A stretch of 63,911 nucleotides of DNA, filler included, from Octopus bimaculoides (taxonomy: Eukaryota), in NCBI RefSeq assembly GCF_001194135.2. It is 7 parts of 5 records of this genome, joined end to end, with 100 filler letters (N's around TTAATTAATTAA, not from the genome) between each part and the next. Parts side by side here need not be neighbours in the genome. Positions count along the whole stretch, not along the records: positions 1 to 14,513 come from NC_068986.1; 6 more parts are not named here. One strand, given 5' to 3'. The position numbers and the translations under genes were made by a program. The notes under the pieces are model-generated. The model searched no databases. It was not told the origin of the DNA and saw only the letters and a program-made list of their open reading frames with translations. Shown here piece by piece: positions 1-12,472 of this stretch; within the stretch, counting starts at the first letter, position 1; each line of letters opens with the position of its first letter.

Positions 1-131
1 ATGAGACTCGCGACATCACTTATTCCTTGTAGCTTGGCAACGAGCCTAATTTTTCGCATCCAAGCCATCACATCTCCTTCGCCATTAAAAGGCCTGATCG
101 CATCGCTGGCGATTCTAATCTTGGCTGCCAT
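1..131 (-). CDS. N-terminus of LTR-retrotransposon gag-like ORF, runs off window start
   Basis: Manual translation from ATG at 131: MAAKIRIASDAIRPFNGEGDVMAWMRKIRLVAKLQGISDVASL; the PFxGEGDVxAW pattern resembles invertebrate Gypsy gag starts; not in the ORF track. Confidence 0.7.
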   Translation of the reverse strand, partial: MAAKIRIASDAIRPFNGEGDVMAWMRKIRLVAKLQGISDVASL

Positions 132-157
132 CACGGCGAATTTCTACACGTGGGGCC

Positions 158-478
158 GAAATAGCTTGTGGTGTATGCGTGCGAGTAGATGTAATCGCCT
201 TACCTCGGTTTTCCTTTCGTCGACTGCGAGTCTGTCTTGCGGTATCCAATCCTTGAAGCTTGCCCCGACCCAAACAACACCAAGAATAGCAGCTGCTTCT
301 CCCAAACCTAGACCGTCGCTTAACACGTCTTGTCCTGACCACGACCCCATTCAAAAAGGGCACAAATCCCGATTGAGGCTCCCTCTGCCCTTTTTCCTCT
401 TCCGGTCAATTCGCCCTTCCGGTCAGCCTCCCCAGACACTGACGTCATACCACAGTGTGCTAAGAAGGTTCTGCAACA
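158..478 (-). mobile_element. 5' LTR of a young Gypsy-like retrotransposon
   Basis: Minus strand starts TGTTGCAG at 478; GC/CpG-rich block ends abruptly at 478; lies directly upstream of the gag ATG; inner boundary approximate. Confidence 0.6.
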
Positions 479-524
479 GGTCAAGCACTATTGGTCTGCC
501 AGGAATGAAAGCAAAGAGTTAGCT

Positions 525-890
525 CTGGACTTCGGCAGCTCACGTTTTCTTTGTGCTCTTGCAATTCTATTCTGTTCATAGGAGGTGGCAGCTCTGTTGG
601 TGCAGCTACACCAGACAGGATGATCCTGTGCTTGCATTTCCTAGGTGTCAGGGTTGATTTGAAAGCACTTCAGTGAGGCTTTGAGTAGGGTTGATTTGAA
701 AGCACTTCAGTGAGGCTTTGAGAAGCACTTTTCTGCCCACTTTGTGTGCACTTGTCTTCCGCCAATTCATTGTTAAACAGTTTTTTGTTATTTATGTGTC
801 AGACCTGCCCACCTGACCTATGCTCTCCTCATGAGTGTGTAAATGCTTAGCAGATCAACTTGAGAGAGGATTTCCATGACTGGGACCTTG
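525..890 (-). mobile_element. Degenerate RTE-clade LINE 3' end
   Basis: Minus strand shows remnants of the WAGHV..RM..KKLLFGEL..GKR..GGQK-like ORF2 C-terminus; internal 37-bp tandem duplication 650-722. Confidence 0.55.
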
Positions 891-1199
891 TCTTACCAGG
901 TGATTTTCAACAGCTTTCTCAGACAGTTCATGTGGAAGTGGTTTAACCATTTGGTGTGGCATTCATAAACCATGCATGTAAATACCAACAAAGACACATG
1001 TACATATATGTAAACACAGACAAGGACATATAAATATATATATATATATATATGTTAATAGCATACCATTTTAAAGTTGGTTTAAAACAGAAGGATTTAA
1101 ATGGATAAACTGAAGTTTCATTACACTGGGAACATTAAAGAAAGAATAAAGTTAGAATCATAAGACCAGTTGCTAATATAAAATGTCTATATAATATTT

Positions 1200-1745
1200 T
1201 TACCCTGTACAAGAACAAACAGGATTGAGGTAATTGCAATAACTACAGAAGGATTTTCTTCCAGAGCAATGTTGGAAAGGACTTCTCTCATGTGATCCTA
1301 AACAGACTACAGAAAATCACTGAAAGAGTTTAACCCAGGTCTCAGTTTGGCTTCAGTTTAGAATACTCCACAATTAACATGATTTTCTCATTTCAACAAC
1401 TGCAAGAAAATGCAAAGAGCAAAGACAACCACTTTATATCACTTAATTGATGTCCTGAAAGGATTTAACTTTGTGAGTTGAGGCATCTTATTCAAAATCC
1501 TTGCTAAGACTGGATGCCCTCTATTATTACTCAGAACCTTTCAGCCATTCCACACAGACATGAAAAGTATCATTCAGTTTGATGAGTTTTCCTTGAAATT
1601 TTTCAGCATTCTCAGAGGAGTGAAGCAGGGCTACATGCATACCCACCACCACCGTCCACTTGGTTTGGCATCTTCTCTGATGTTAAGTTGAAGCATGCTT
1701 TTGGAACATCAGCTGATAGTGTTTACCTTCACACAGGTCTTATTT
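1200..1745 (+). mobile_element. Degenerate RTE LINE reverse-transcriptase fragment
   Basis: Remnants of LYKNK..CNNYR, LNRLQK, QxGF..ST, LQE, GVKQG motifs with frameshifts. Confidence 0.65.
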
Positions 1746-1949
1746 TTTTTCTCTAAGTACAATGAAGAAACTTCTTCAATGGTGTTTTGCTCTTTCAAAT
1801 GACTATAGACCAAAGGTGCTGGGAGAACTCTAACTGCATGTTGTAGTGCATCTTACAATAGCCTTTTCTCTCTTTTCTTACTGTTATTTCATCTAATTTG
1901 ACTTTGCAACTTTTATTCCTTTCTTAGTAGCCAACAGCCACTATTTGTA

Positions 1950-2700
1950 ATTGGTTACTGCCTTCTCCCATGCAGTTACAATCTGACCAGTTTTTCATTG
2001 AGATGTTATTTGATAACATCCTTATAATGGAGGTTATGACAAACTCTTTGATGGCTTCTACATTTCAACTACTAAGAGTACAAGTCTTGGAGATATTAGT
2101 GTCCTCCATTTGGATCATATATACCACCTAGTACTGAAATTGCAACAGGATACCACTAAGCATTTTTGCACACTGAAGGACCCCTTGGCAGCACATCAGT
2201 TTTCTTGGAATACCAATGATAGTGTTTAGGTCTTAGTAGAATACAACAGACAGAATATTGCTATTGCTTGGCGTACTTGGTGTTTCACTGACAGTTTTAT
2301 GCCATATTGTTTTCTTAATCAATCATTGAGCTTCTCAAAGTGAGTGCAGCTGAGTGTATGCAGTGATCCATCTCTACATCCAGGCTGTCATTATCAGAAA
2401 CCATGTTTTCCAAATGTGTGAGCTTCTACACCTCTTTTAGAGGCATATTCACAATCCTGATTGTCAGAGGTTCATGTTTTCAGCACTCCAGATTCAGGAT
2501 GGTACATAACTTCAGTCTGTTTTGCATTTAATGACAAACAGAAAGCTGACACTATATATTCAAAATAGTGCAAGTTTTCTGAGTATCTTCTAGGAAATGA
2601 GTTACTAGAGATTAGTCATCAGCAAAAATGAGTTTGCAAATGCACATATCATGGTGGTTCTTTAGTTTAGATATATTCAGCAGTTCACCATCTTCTCTTG
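1950..2700 (-). mobile_element. Degenerate RTE LINE RT C-terminal fragment in opposite orientation
   Basis: Minus strand shows remnants of the FADD motif followed by KxTEVMY. Confidence 0.55.
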
Positions 2701-2765
2701 TGCAGATCTACACTCTACATGTGAGTTCACTGGTCATTCTTTCAGTTACAATACCCAGAAATAAT

Positions 2766-2962
2766 GGTTTCAAATTTTGACACAAGGCCAACAGTTTTCC
2801 AGAAGAGAGGGAGGTTGATTACAATGACCCCAGTACTTGACTGGTATTTATTTTATCAGCCCAAAAGGCTGAAAGGTAAAGTCAAACTCAGAACACAAAG
2901 ACACAAAATGCTGTTAAACATTTTGTCTGATGTGATAACAGTTTTGCCAGTTTGCCACCTTA
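2766..2962 (-). mobile_element. SINE family D copy
   Basis: Matches the window-wide motif TTCTGAGTT..CTTT(C/T)ATCCTTT.GGGGTCGATAAAATAAGTACCAG. Confidence 0.75.
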
Positions 2963-3179
2963 CAACATCCAGAAATAATGTGAATAGCATTGAAATGAGC
3001 ATATGACTTGTTTATTCCACTCAACAGTTTCCATGCAGTGAGAGAGAATCCTAACCTATTTCTAGCAGATCAAGTGACCTTAAAAGGGCCTCTACTTTGG
3101 CTCACATACAATTATTTTGTCAGTAAATATGTGAATGAAGTTAGAAGTGAAAGATGACCATACTGAAAAAGTTAACAGA

Positions 3180-3400
3180 CTAGAGGGGAAAGAATCACAA
3201 GACAAATTCTTCAAGCCTATCTAATTGGTAAGAGACTTAGGGTTAATATCCAGTTTCAGTTGGTCGTGATTGGGAATCCAGCTGGAAGGCGTAATGACAG
3301 TTACTTCTGATAGGACCCAATGAAAGAGGTGTCTGAAGACTCTACCCCAATGACCCTCCTCCCAAGAATAGTGGGTGGAGAAGATGGACGGATGGATGGA
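3180..3400 (+). mobile_element. RTE/Rex3-like LINE 3' remnant
   Basis: Translates to QILQAY..GKR..G..SW..LGIQLE..V..DR..WK..LKTLP-like ORF2 terminus. Confidence 0.45.
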
Positions 3401-4674
3401 TGAAATGGTGGAGAATGATTTTGCTATCAACTTGTTTAGTTTCAAAGAAGGAATTGTACAGAAAACTTTTTATACACTTATAAGTGCATGCATAGCCATG
3501 AGGTTAAGGAATTCATTTCAGAGCCACAGGGGTTAGGATTCTCTCTCACTACATGGAAACTGTTGATTGGTGCTTTCTACTATAGATCATATGAAATTAA
3601 GCAAACAGAAACTGGGAAAAGCCTATCATATATGCACATGTGTATGTGTGTGTGTGTGTGTGTCTCTCTCTCTCTCTTTCTTTCACATGCTCTATCTCAT
3701 TCTCTTACACATTCGTCTCTTTATCAATTTCAATTGTGTTCTCTTCCTCATGTGGAGACATACAACTTCAATGCAGCTTCACACATACATTCTCTCTCCC
3801 ACACTGCAACGCAGACATACTGCTGACACCAAATACACACACACATACACACACACACAGCAATAACAACAACACAGACATAGTGCTTACACCAAATATA
3901 CAAATACATGCACACACACACACACAAACACATTCACACATATTCACATACACATAATAGAGAATCATGGCATACCTACCCATACCTACATTTCTCTTAT
4001 AAATTATTAATTTCTTAAAACAAAAGTTTTTAAAACCGTTTATTGATGTCAACTACGTCTGTCATAAATATAAAGTATTCCGTTATTCAACACAAGCTCT
4101 TATAAAACATTTATCACAATGGGTCATACAATATAGTAGCAAGTTGGATTATTTTCAAGTGTTTGTTTTCCTTTCAAGTGTTTTCCTGCCTCACTTGTCA
4201 ATCAAGCTTACTTGCAAGAAGAAGCTACCATGGACATAAGAAATTAAAATAGAAACTATCAACTCAAGATTAGAACTTATTCTTTATATTAATTAATAAA
4301 GCATTGGTTCCATAAGTTTGACTCGTTATTTACCAGAAGTCATTATTTAATCTCTGGTTAGCTTGAATAGAAAAGACATATGATGAAATTTTTCCTTTTA
4401 TGGCAATCCAGTTGATTTCACTGGCAGAATGTGTCTTGGACTCTACTATCTAATGTACCTTCTTTTAAAGATAAAATAGTGTGTGCATTGAAAGAGATTT
4501 GGCTAGTACTTCTAGCAAGTTTTTACATATTCCATGCATATATTTTAAATAGAGTAGCTACTTTCAATACTAAGTAATTTAATACAAATTGGTAAAAAAT
4601 TGATAAAGACTCAATAAATTAAGTTCTTTTTTAATATCAGATAGCATTTAAAGATTAAGGGTTTATCACTGATA

Positions 4675-4719
<45 letters not shown>

Positions 4720-5399
4720 TTCAACATCATTTTAAATTATGGTAGATAGGTATATATAGAATTGCTGAGAGTGTTATGTACAAAATGTAATCACCACCAC
4801 TGTTACAGCCACCAGCACCAGCAGCAGCGCCACCACTATCACTTTAATGTCCACTTTTTCATACTTATTTATATTGGTCAGACAAAACTTTGTTGAGACA
4901 GATTTCTTTATGGCTGCATGATCTTCCTACCACTAACCCCCACTTGATTTTTAGTAAGATAATATTTCTCCTAGTTCTTCAGGCAGTGTCATTTGCTGGC
5001 AATTCTCCATTAAATGATGTCCATCCATTGAGTTGTTTGTTGTTCGAAAGACTGGGTGGGGGTTGGGAATATTATCATCTTTCATGACTAGCAGTGTTGA
5101 GCCCATCCCGGTTCTGAAAGTATATTAGCTATAAAACTCAAACGTTTCCTCTCCAGTTTTCTTAGTTAAAGATACCTGATTCTGCCCTGAGTATTGATGG
5201 GTCAGACTTTTTCTATTCCAATCTAAATAAAAAAGGATATATTTTTAGTAACTAACTGAAGTTTATTTGTAGAGGCATGCATAGAGTTAAACCGGTACAA
5301 ATACACATATGTACACACACACACATGCACGCACACACATGTACATGCAGACAGATGGTTGTATTTCAGTTTCTATCTACTAAATCCATTCTAAAGGCT

Positions 5400-6037
5400 T
5401 TAATCCATTAGCATTTAAACCGGCCATATCCGGCCCAAATATTCTACTTGTTATATGTTCAGACCAGATAGATCTGGCTTCTCACATGTATCCTACAATG
5501 ACATTCTAAAAATAAACAATCACATCATTAAAATCTTGAAGCTATAAGATAAGGAATGATAAAAGTTAAAGTAATGAGAATAAATAAGCATTACATTTGA
5601 CAGAGTGGAGGTGCAATGGCCCAGTGGTTAGAGCAGCGGACTCGCGGTCATAGGATCGCGGCTTCGATTCCGAGACCGGTTGTTGTGAGTGTTTATTGAG
5701 CGAAAACACCTAAAGCTCCACGAGGCTCCGGCAAGGGATGGTGGCGAACCCTGCTGTACTCTTTCACCACAGCTTTCTCTCACTCTTACTTCCTGTTTCT
5801 GTTGTGCCTGTAATTCAAAGGGTCAGCCTTGTCACACTGTGTCACACTGTGTCACGCTGAATATCCCCGAGAACTACGTTCAGGGTACACGTGTCTGTGG
5901 AGTGCTCAGCCACTTGCACGTTAATTTCACGAGCAGGCTGTTCCATTGATCGGATCAACTGGAACCCTCAACGTCGTAAGCGATGGAGTGCCAACAACAA
6001 CAACATTTGACAGAGTAATCTGAATGCTGAAGAGTTA
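5400..6037. mobile_element. piggyBac-type MITE interrupted by a family B SINE
   Basis: Termini TTAA-TCCATTAGCATT ... AATGCTGAAGAG-TTAA; the internal sequence rejoins once the SINE and one TSD are removed. Confidence 0.6.
5605..6004 (+). mobile_element. tRNA-derived SINE family B, full length
   Basis: A box TGGCCCAGTGG, B-box-like GCTTCGATTCC, (CAA)n tail, 14-bp TSD ACATTTGACAGAGT at 5593-5606 and 6003-6016. Confidence 0.9.
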
Positions 6038-6658
6038 ATTGGCTTACAACAGTAGTAAAGACATTTGCCCAAGATGCTGTGCTGTGAGACTGAACCTGAA
6101 ACCATACAGCATGGCTTTGAAGTTAGGAAGTTTGCTTTGCTATGTTGGTAAATACATAAGTAACAATCTCAAAAAGTTAGGATTTTCAGGCAAAGAAAGC
6201 AACTAGCTAGCATACACTTTATAAATACAGTCTGTTAGCAAAACAGTAAAAATGTGCAAGGTTTTTCAAGAATTCAACATGTAACACTTACTGTTGTAAT
6301 TTAAATTCTGGCAATAGAACTTTGTTTCTTTGTCAGAAACTGGCTTCTTCCTTGTAAGAATTCAAATAATTTTTTTTAAAAAGACTGACAGACAGGACAA
6401 ATGGATGGACAGACAGCTGAATGAATGGATACGTCATAGAACAGTGGAGATTAAAATAAAAATACCTGTCTCTCACACACAATTTGTTTAAAGCTGGAGA
6501 AAGTAGATTAAGGTTTGTATTCAGCAATATGTCAGGTTTAATGAGAGAGAGAAAGAGAAATATAATTTTATTGCTAATGTAATTCAACATATTTTTCATG
6601 TGGACAAGGGTTTTCAGTAAGTCATAATTCTACATTAAAAGTACACACACACTGGACA

Positions 6659-6695
<37 letters not shown>

Positions 6696-7326
6696 AAAAG
6701 AAACCTTGACCATATGTTAGGTATATCAATAGTAATATAGCATTATTAATATAATATTCTTCTTCAAAGGATGAATTCTGGGTGAATCAAGTCTGTGGCC
6801 TAATTTTACTTCTTGATTACAGCTATTCTATTTTACTTACATTGTTAATGCTTTTTAGAACAGAACGAACATTACAATTTCACATTTTCTTTCTTTTTAA
6901 ACGTAGCTTTGTGCTTAGGTTAAAAATCAATATTAATATTGATTGAGTATTGATGATAGAAACAAAATGGTTGAATTGATTTTGATAATGGAATACTTAA
7001 GTGCTTCATTATAAACACGAACTGAACAGTTAATATTACATTTCTTAGTTTCTTTTGTTATCGAGAAAATGCCCCAGATAAATTTAGAGAGTTATTTGTG
7101 ATAGACTTTTATCCTATCCAGGTGGTGAGATTTTTGTCTTATCTTCTTAATGCTTAAGAAAGTGGAGATTACAACTGGCTTTTGAAAAGTCTTTGAGACA
7201 AGAAGTTTGCTTACATGAAAATAAATTATTGATAATACCAAGTCATAAGAAGAGTACTAACAGAAATAATCTCTCTTTTTCCCTCTCTACTGACTCTCTT
7301 TCTCTCTTGCCATATACATACATACA

Positions 7327-7357
<31 letters not shown>

Positions 7358-7485
7358 TATGTATACACATACAAATTAAACAGTGTAGGGAATGGAAGAG
7401 GCCAATCTATGCTACATATGTTTTCAAGCCAATCTGAACATGTTTTACAAAACTCAAAGGTGTAACACACATACTCACATACACA

Positions 7486-8357
7486 AACATGGTCTGATCA
7501 ATAAGTATCCAGACTGTTGCCATAGTAAGAATGCTAAAGCTCACAGTGACGTTGAACACTTCTGTGCATGCAGACTAAGTTTTAACATTCTAGCTTACTT
7601 CAGCTGTTTACAGTAGTGCTTGGAGGGAAGCTGTGTAGCGTGTGATCATCACATTCACCATGACAGACACAATTGAGCAGAGAATCTGCATCAAATTTTG
7701 CCAAAAGCTTGGCAATACCTGCTGAGAGGCCTATGCAAAATTTTCAAAAAGTTTGCATCATTCTCGACACAGTCAAGGAAATCTTGTGCAACTGAAACCC
7801 AAATGTCTTTTTGGTCAGCTGAAAACAGTTTTGGCACAAACTTGGCAGACACATGTCCCATACCCAAATCTTCAGTGATAATGGGACTGAACTGGACTGT
7901 AACTAATCTGCACATCCTTTGATAACTCATGGATGGTGATTTGACAATTTCCCCTCACAGCTGCATGTATATCTGCAATGTTTTTCTCAGTTCTGCTGGA
8001 TCAGGTCGCCCAGAATGTTTATCAATATCGACATTTATTCGGCCAGCTTGGAAACATCTGAACCACTCGTACACTTGTGTACACCTCATACACTCCTTTC
8101 CATACACTTTTTGCAGCTTTGCACAGGCCTCTGAGCAAGTATCGCCAAGACAACTTTCTCTGTCATGGTCAATGTGACGATCACATGCTACACACCTTCC
8201 TTCCAAGCACTGGTGTAAACAGCAGAAGTGAACTAGAATGTTAAAACTTAGTGCGCATGTAGAGCAGAGTTCAAGATCAATCTTTGCCAAGTGTTTCTGC
8301 ATGTTTTAGCTTTGTTACTATAGCAACAGTCCGGATACTTATTGATTAGACCTCGTA
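7486..8357. mobile_element. Fold-back mariner derivative with two 5' ends
   Basis: TIR GGTCT.ATCAATAAGTATCC.GACTGTTGC.ATAGTAA at both ends; transposase N-terminus on + (MTDTIEQRICIKFCQKLG) and on - (YEWFRCFQAGR..SGRP, SAKFVPKL). Confidence 0.85.
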
Positions 8358-8660
8358 TAGGTGCATGGCTCAGTGGTTAGAGTGAGATAGTGAGTTAGAT
8401 CAGGCTGTGTGCTGTGTTCTTAAAAGCAAGGTACTATATTTCACGTTGATCCAGTTCATTCAGCTGTAGGAATGAGTTGTGATGTCACTGGTGCCAAGCT
8501 GTATCAGCCCTTGGACAATTCTGGTGGTACGGAGAGGGGAAGCCGGTATGCATAGGCAACTGCTGGTCTTCCATAAACAACCTTGCCCAGACTTGTGCCT
8601 CGGAGGGGAAATTTCTAGGTCCAATCCCATGGTCATTTATGACCAAAGAGTCTTTTCCCT
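8358..8660 (+). mobile_element. tRNA-derived SINE family C
   Basis: A box TGGCTCAGTGG; body matches the minus-strand copy at 42848-43179. Confidence 0.8.
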
Positions 8661-8670
8661 TGCCCATACA

Positions 8671-10563
8671 TATATATATATGTAAGGACGACCGTGCAAA
8701 CTCAAAAAGGAGAAATGGTGACGAATGGAAAAACAGAGGACTCCTTTTATTTAAACGTGTCACACGGTCGAACACAAAATAATATATATCAAAGATGATA
8801 TACAAATATGTTATGCTTCGATAACATTAGTGTATTCGTAAATACCAGTAATGAAGAGACGATAGAAGGCAACCATATGAAATGAATAACAGAGATATTT
8901 ATTGTAGCATTAAAGTGTATGTCTGTGTGAGAGTGTGAATGTGACATATAAGAACATAATCAAAGACAGGCCGTCGTACAAAGAAAAGTGTGTATGTGAG
9001 TGATACATGTATGTGTATGTGAGGTATTACAGCAGATAGAAAGAGTCAGTAACCGTGAGCATTTATACCAGTTCTGAGTACACTATAGGAAAAGTCTGTA
9101 TGTGAAAGTAGTTGAGGCTGTGAGTGTGGCAGTGCGATCACTAGTTGTGATGTTGTGGCTTCCATGCCGGGCCGTGATTCTTGTTATACAGATGTTCGTC
9201 GCTGGCTGAGATCTCTTGTCTGTTTATTTATCGTGGTGAAGCTGAGTCACCTAACAGAATCGAAGAGAGAGATGTGCCACGGTGGTTTAGTTTGGTGTAC
9301 ATAGAAAGTCNNNNNNNNNNNNNNNNNNNNNNNNNNNNNNNNNNNNNNNNNNNNNNNNNNNNNNNNNNNNNNNNNNNNNNNNNNNNNNNNNNNNNNNNNN
9401 NNNNNNNNNNNNNNNNNNNNNNNNNNNNNNNNNNNNNNNNNNNNNNNNNNNNNNNNNNNNNNNNNNNNNNNNNNNNNNNNNNNNNNNNNNNNNNNNNNNN
9501 NNNNNNNNNNNNNNNNNNNNNNNNNNNNNNNNNNNNNNNNNNNNNNNNNNNNNNNNNNNNNNNNNNNNNNNNNNNNNNNNNNNNNNNNNNNNNNNNNNNN
9601 NNNNNNNNNNNNNNNNNNNNNNNNNNNNNNNNNNNNNNNNNNNNNNNNNNNNNNNNNNNNNNNNNNNNNNNNNNNNNNNNNNNNNNNNNNNNNNNNNNNN
9701 NNNNNNNNNNNNNNNNNNNNNNAATGAATAACAGAGATATTTATTGTAGCATTAAAGTGTATGTCTGTGTGAGAGTGTGAATGTGACATATAAGAACATA
9801 ATCAAAGACAGGCCGTCGTACAAAGAAAAGTGTGTATGTGAGTGATACATGTATGTGTATGTGAGGTATTACAGCAGATAGAAAGAGTCAGTAACCGTGA
9901 GCATTTATACCAGTTCTGAGTACACTATAGGAAAAGTCTGTATGTGAAAGTAGTTGAGGCTGTGAGTGTGGCAGTGCGATCACTAGTTGTGATGTTGTGG
10001 CTTCCATGCCGGGCCGTGATTCTTGTTATACAGATGTTCGTCGCTGGCTGAGATCTCTTGTCTGTTTATTTATCGTGGTGAAGCTGAGTCACCTAACAGA
10101 ATCGAAGAGAGAGATGTGCCACGGTGGTTTAGTTTGGTGTACATAGAAAGTCGTGTAGATGCTGGTGGAGATTGATGCTGGTTAGTAGTAATTGTAGAAT
10201 TGTGTTGGTCATGACGATGATGCTAGTTAGTAGTCGTAGACTCGTGTTGCTGAATGTGGGGGCGTTGTTGGTGGTCATCGTTGGACGAAGCTGTTGATGT
10301 GTCGCTGGCTGCCGCTGCTGCTGCTGTCGTGTGGTACACGGAACAGATCTCAAAGAGAAACTGAACCGAGACAAATTTGCTGGGTATGAGTTGATCTATT
10401 TATAGCGAATTATCAGCTCCCGAAGGCTTCAGAAAAATACTCTATCACGTGACCTTATTAGGGGCCGTGATTGGTCAGTTTGCGTTCTGGTGGGAATGGT
10501 TCGAAGAAGTTGCCGCTTCAAATAATAATCAGTCACGTGATGACAAGGAGATGGGTTCTCCGC
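8671..10563 (-). mobile_element. Probable LTR, right end hidden in N gap
   Basis: Abrupt TG terminus at 8671; CpG-rich; minus-strand TATAAATAG near 10400 and AATAAA near 8900; no coding sequence seen. Confidence 0.5.
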
Positions 10564-11354
10564 TNNNNNNNNNNNNNNNNNNNNNNNNNNNNNNNNNNNN
10601 NNNNNNNNNNNNNNNNNNNNNNNNNNNNNNNNNNNNNNNNNNNNNNNNNNNNNNNNNNNNNNNNNNNNNNNNNNNNNNNNNNNNNNNNNNNNNNNNNNNN
10701 NNNNNNNNNNNNNNNNNNNNNNNNNNNNNNNNNNNNNNNNNNNNNNNNNNNNNNNNNNNNNNNNNNNNNNNNNNNNNNNNNNNNNNNNNNNNNNNNNNNN
10801 NNNNNNNNNNNNNNNNNNNNNNNNNNNNNNNNNNNNNNNNNNNNNNNNNNNNNNNNNNNNNNNNNNNNNNNNNNNNNNNNNNNNNNNNNNNNNNNNNNNN
10901 NNNNNNNNNNNNNNNNNNNNNNNNNNNNNNNNNNNNNNNNNNNNNNNNNNNNNNNNNNNNNNNNNNNNNNNNNNNNNNNNNNNNNNNNNNNNNNNNNNNN
11001 NNNNNNNNNNNNNNNNNNNNNNNNNNNNNNNNNNNNNNNNNNNNNNNNNNNNNNNNNNNNNNNNNNNNNNNNNNNNNNNNNNNNNNNNNNNNNNNNNNNN
11101 NNNNNNNNNNNNNNNNNNNNNNNNNNNNNNNNNNNNNNNNNNNNNNNNNNNNNNNNNNNNNNNNNNNNNNNNNNNNNNNNNNNNNNNNNNNNNNNNNNNN
11201 NNNNNNNNNNNNNNNNNNNNNNNNNNNNNNNNNNNNNNNNNNNNNNNNNNNNNNNNNNNNNNNNNNNNNNNNNNNNNNNNNNNNNNNNNNNNNNNNNNNN
11301 NNNNNNNNNNNNNNNNNNNNNNNNNNNNNNNNNNNNNNNNNNNNNNNNNNNNNN

Positions 11355-11470
11355 CATCCTTTCGGGGTCGATTAAATAAGTACCAGTCACGCACTGGGGT
11401 CGATATAATCGACTTAATCCGTTTGTCTGTCCTTGTTTGTCCCCTCTGTGTGTAGCCCCTTGTGGGTAGT
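11355..11470 (+). mobile_element. SINE D variant with different 3' tail, partial
   Basis: CATCCTTTCGGGGTCGATTAAATAAGTACCAG core followed by a tail not seen in other D copies. Confidence 0.7.
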
Positions 11471-11490
11471 AAAAAAAAACACACACATAT

Positions 11491-11654
11491 GACAGGCTTC
11501 TTTCAGTTTCCGTCTACCAAATCCACTCACAAGGCTTTGGTCAGCCCTAGGCTATAGTAGAAGACACTTGCCCAAGGTGCCATGCAGTGGGACTGAACCT
11601 GGAGCCATGTGGTTGGTAAGCAAGCTACTTACCACACAGCCACTCCTGCGCCTA
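11491..11654 (-). mobile_element. SINE family A, 5' half
   Basis: Matches the head of the family A copies (TGGCTGTGTGGTAAGTAGCTTGCTTACC...). Confidence 0.85.
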
Positions 11655-12112
11655 TATATACACATAAAGCTTAGCTTTGCTTCAGGTCCAATTACGTGAG
11701 TGTAAGTGTGAATGTGAGTGTAATTAATTGTTGCAAGTAGAGAAGTGAAAAATCTACCAATTTCAGCACAGCAGGTGTGTTACACATTTGAGTTATGTAA
11801 GAGAAGTTCATATTGGCTTTGAAACACAAATAGTATGGATATGCCTTCTCCATTATGTTATATATTAAAGGGTGCATAATTAGCAACCTTCATTGCTAGA
11901 CCATGAATTGTATAGTGACAATTATCATATTGAAATCTCCATCTAATTTGACATAAAACAAAGTGTATAACATATGTTGATTGGGTATCATCTGCTTTAC
12001 TTCATCTATACAAATTATGCACATGCTTGATGCTTACTAACTACCACTGCTAAGATCTTTTCAGATCACACTACTCAACCACTATGCACATGCACACACA
12101 CACACACACACA

Positions 12113-12324
12113 CAGGGTAACCCAAAAGTAGGTTTACAGTAATTCAACTATCTCTTTCGCATTCATATATCAACAGTTTAGATCTTAATTATAAAAAAAT
12201 ATGAAACCATTATTCTATGCTAATTTAGTTAATTGTAAGATAGAAATTTAAAGGTAATAATATGTTTTAAAAGAAATTTAAAGTGCCTACATGATAACTG
12301 TAAACCTACTTTTGGGCCACCCTG
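12113..12324. mobile_element. Tc1/mariner-type MITE
   Basis: About 28-bp TIR CAGGGT..CCCAAAAGTAGGTTTACAGT and its reverse complement; TA at the right flank. Confidence 0.85.
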
Positions 12325-12388
12325 TAGACAAACAAACAGTTATTACACACACATGCATATAGATATATTAGTTATCAGTGTTTCATAT

Positions 12389-12465
<77 letters not shown>
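12389..12465. repeat. (TA)n microsatellite
   Basis: Direct reading. Confidence 0.95.

Positions 12466-12472
<7 letters not shown>

Noticed and set aside
146-159. ACGTGGGGCCGAA resembling a tRNA-Lys PBS
   Set aside because: On the wrong strand relative to gag and lacks the TGG start
1-522. 173-aa plus-strand ORF
   Set aside because: Antisense to the gag start and LTR; no protein motif
9181-11486. Long ORFs made of X residues
   Set aside because: They run through N gaps
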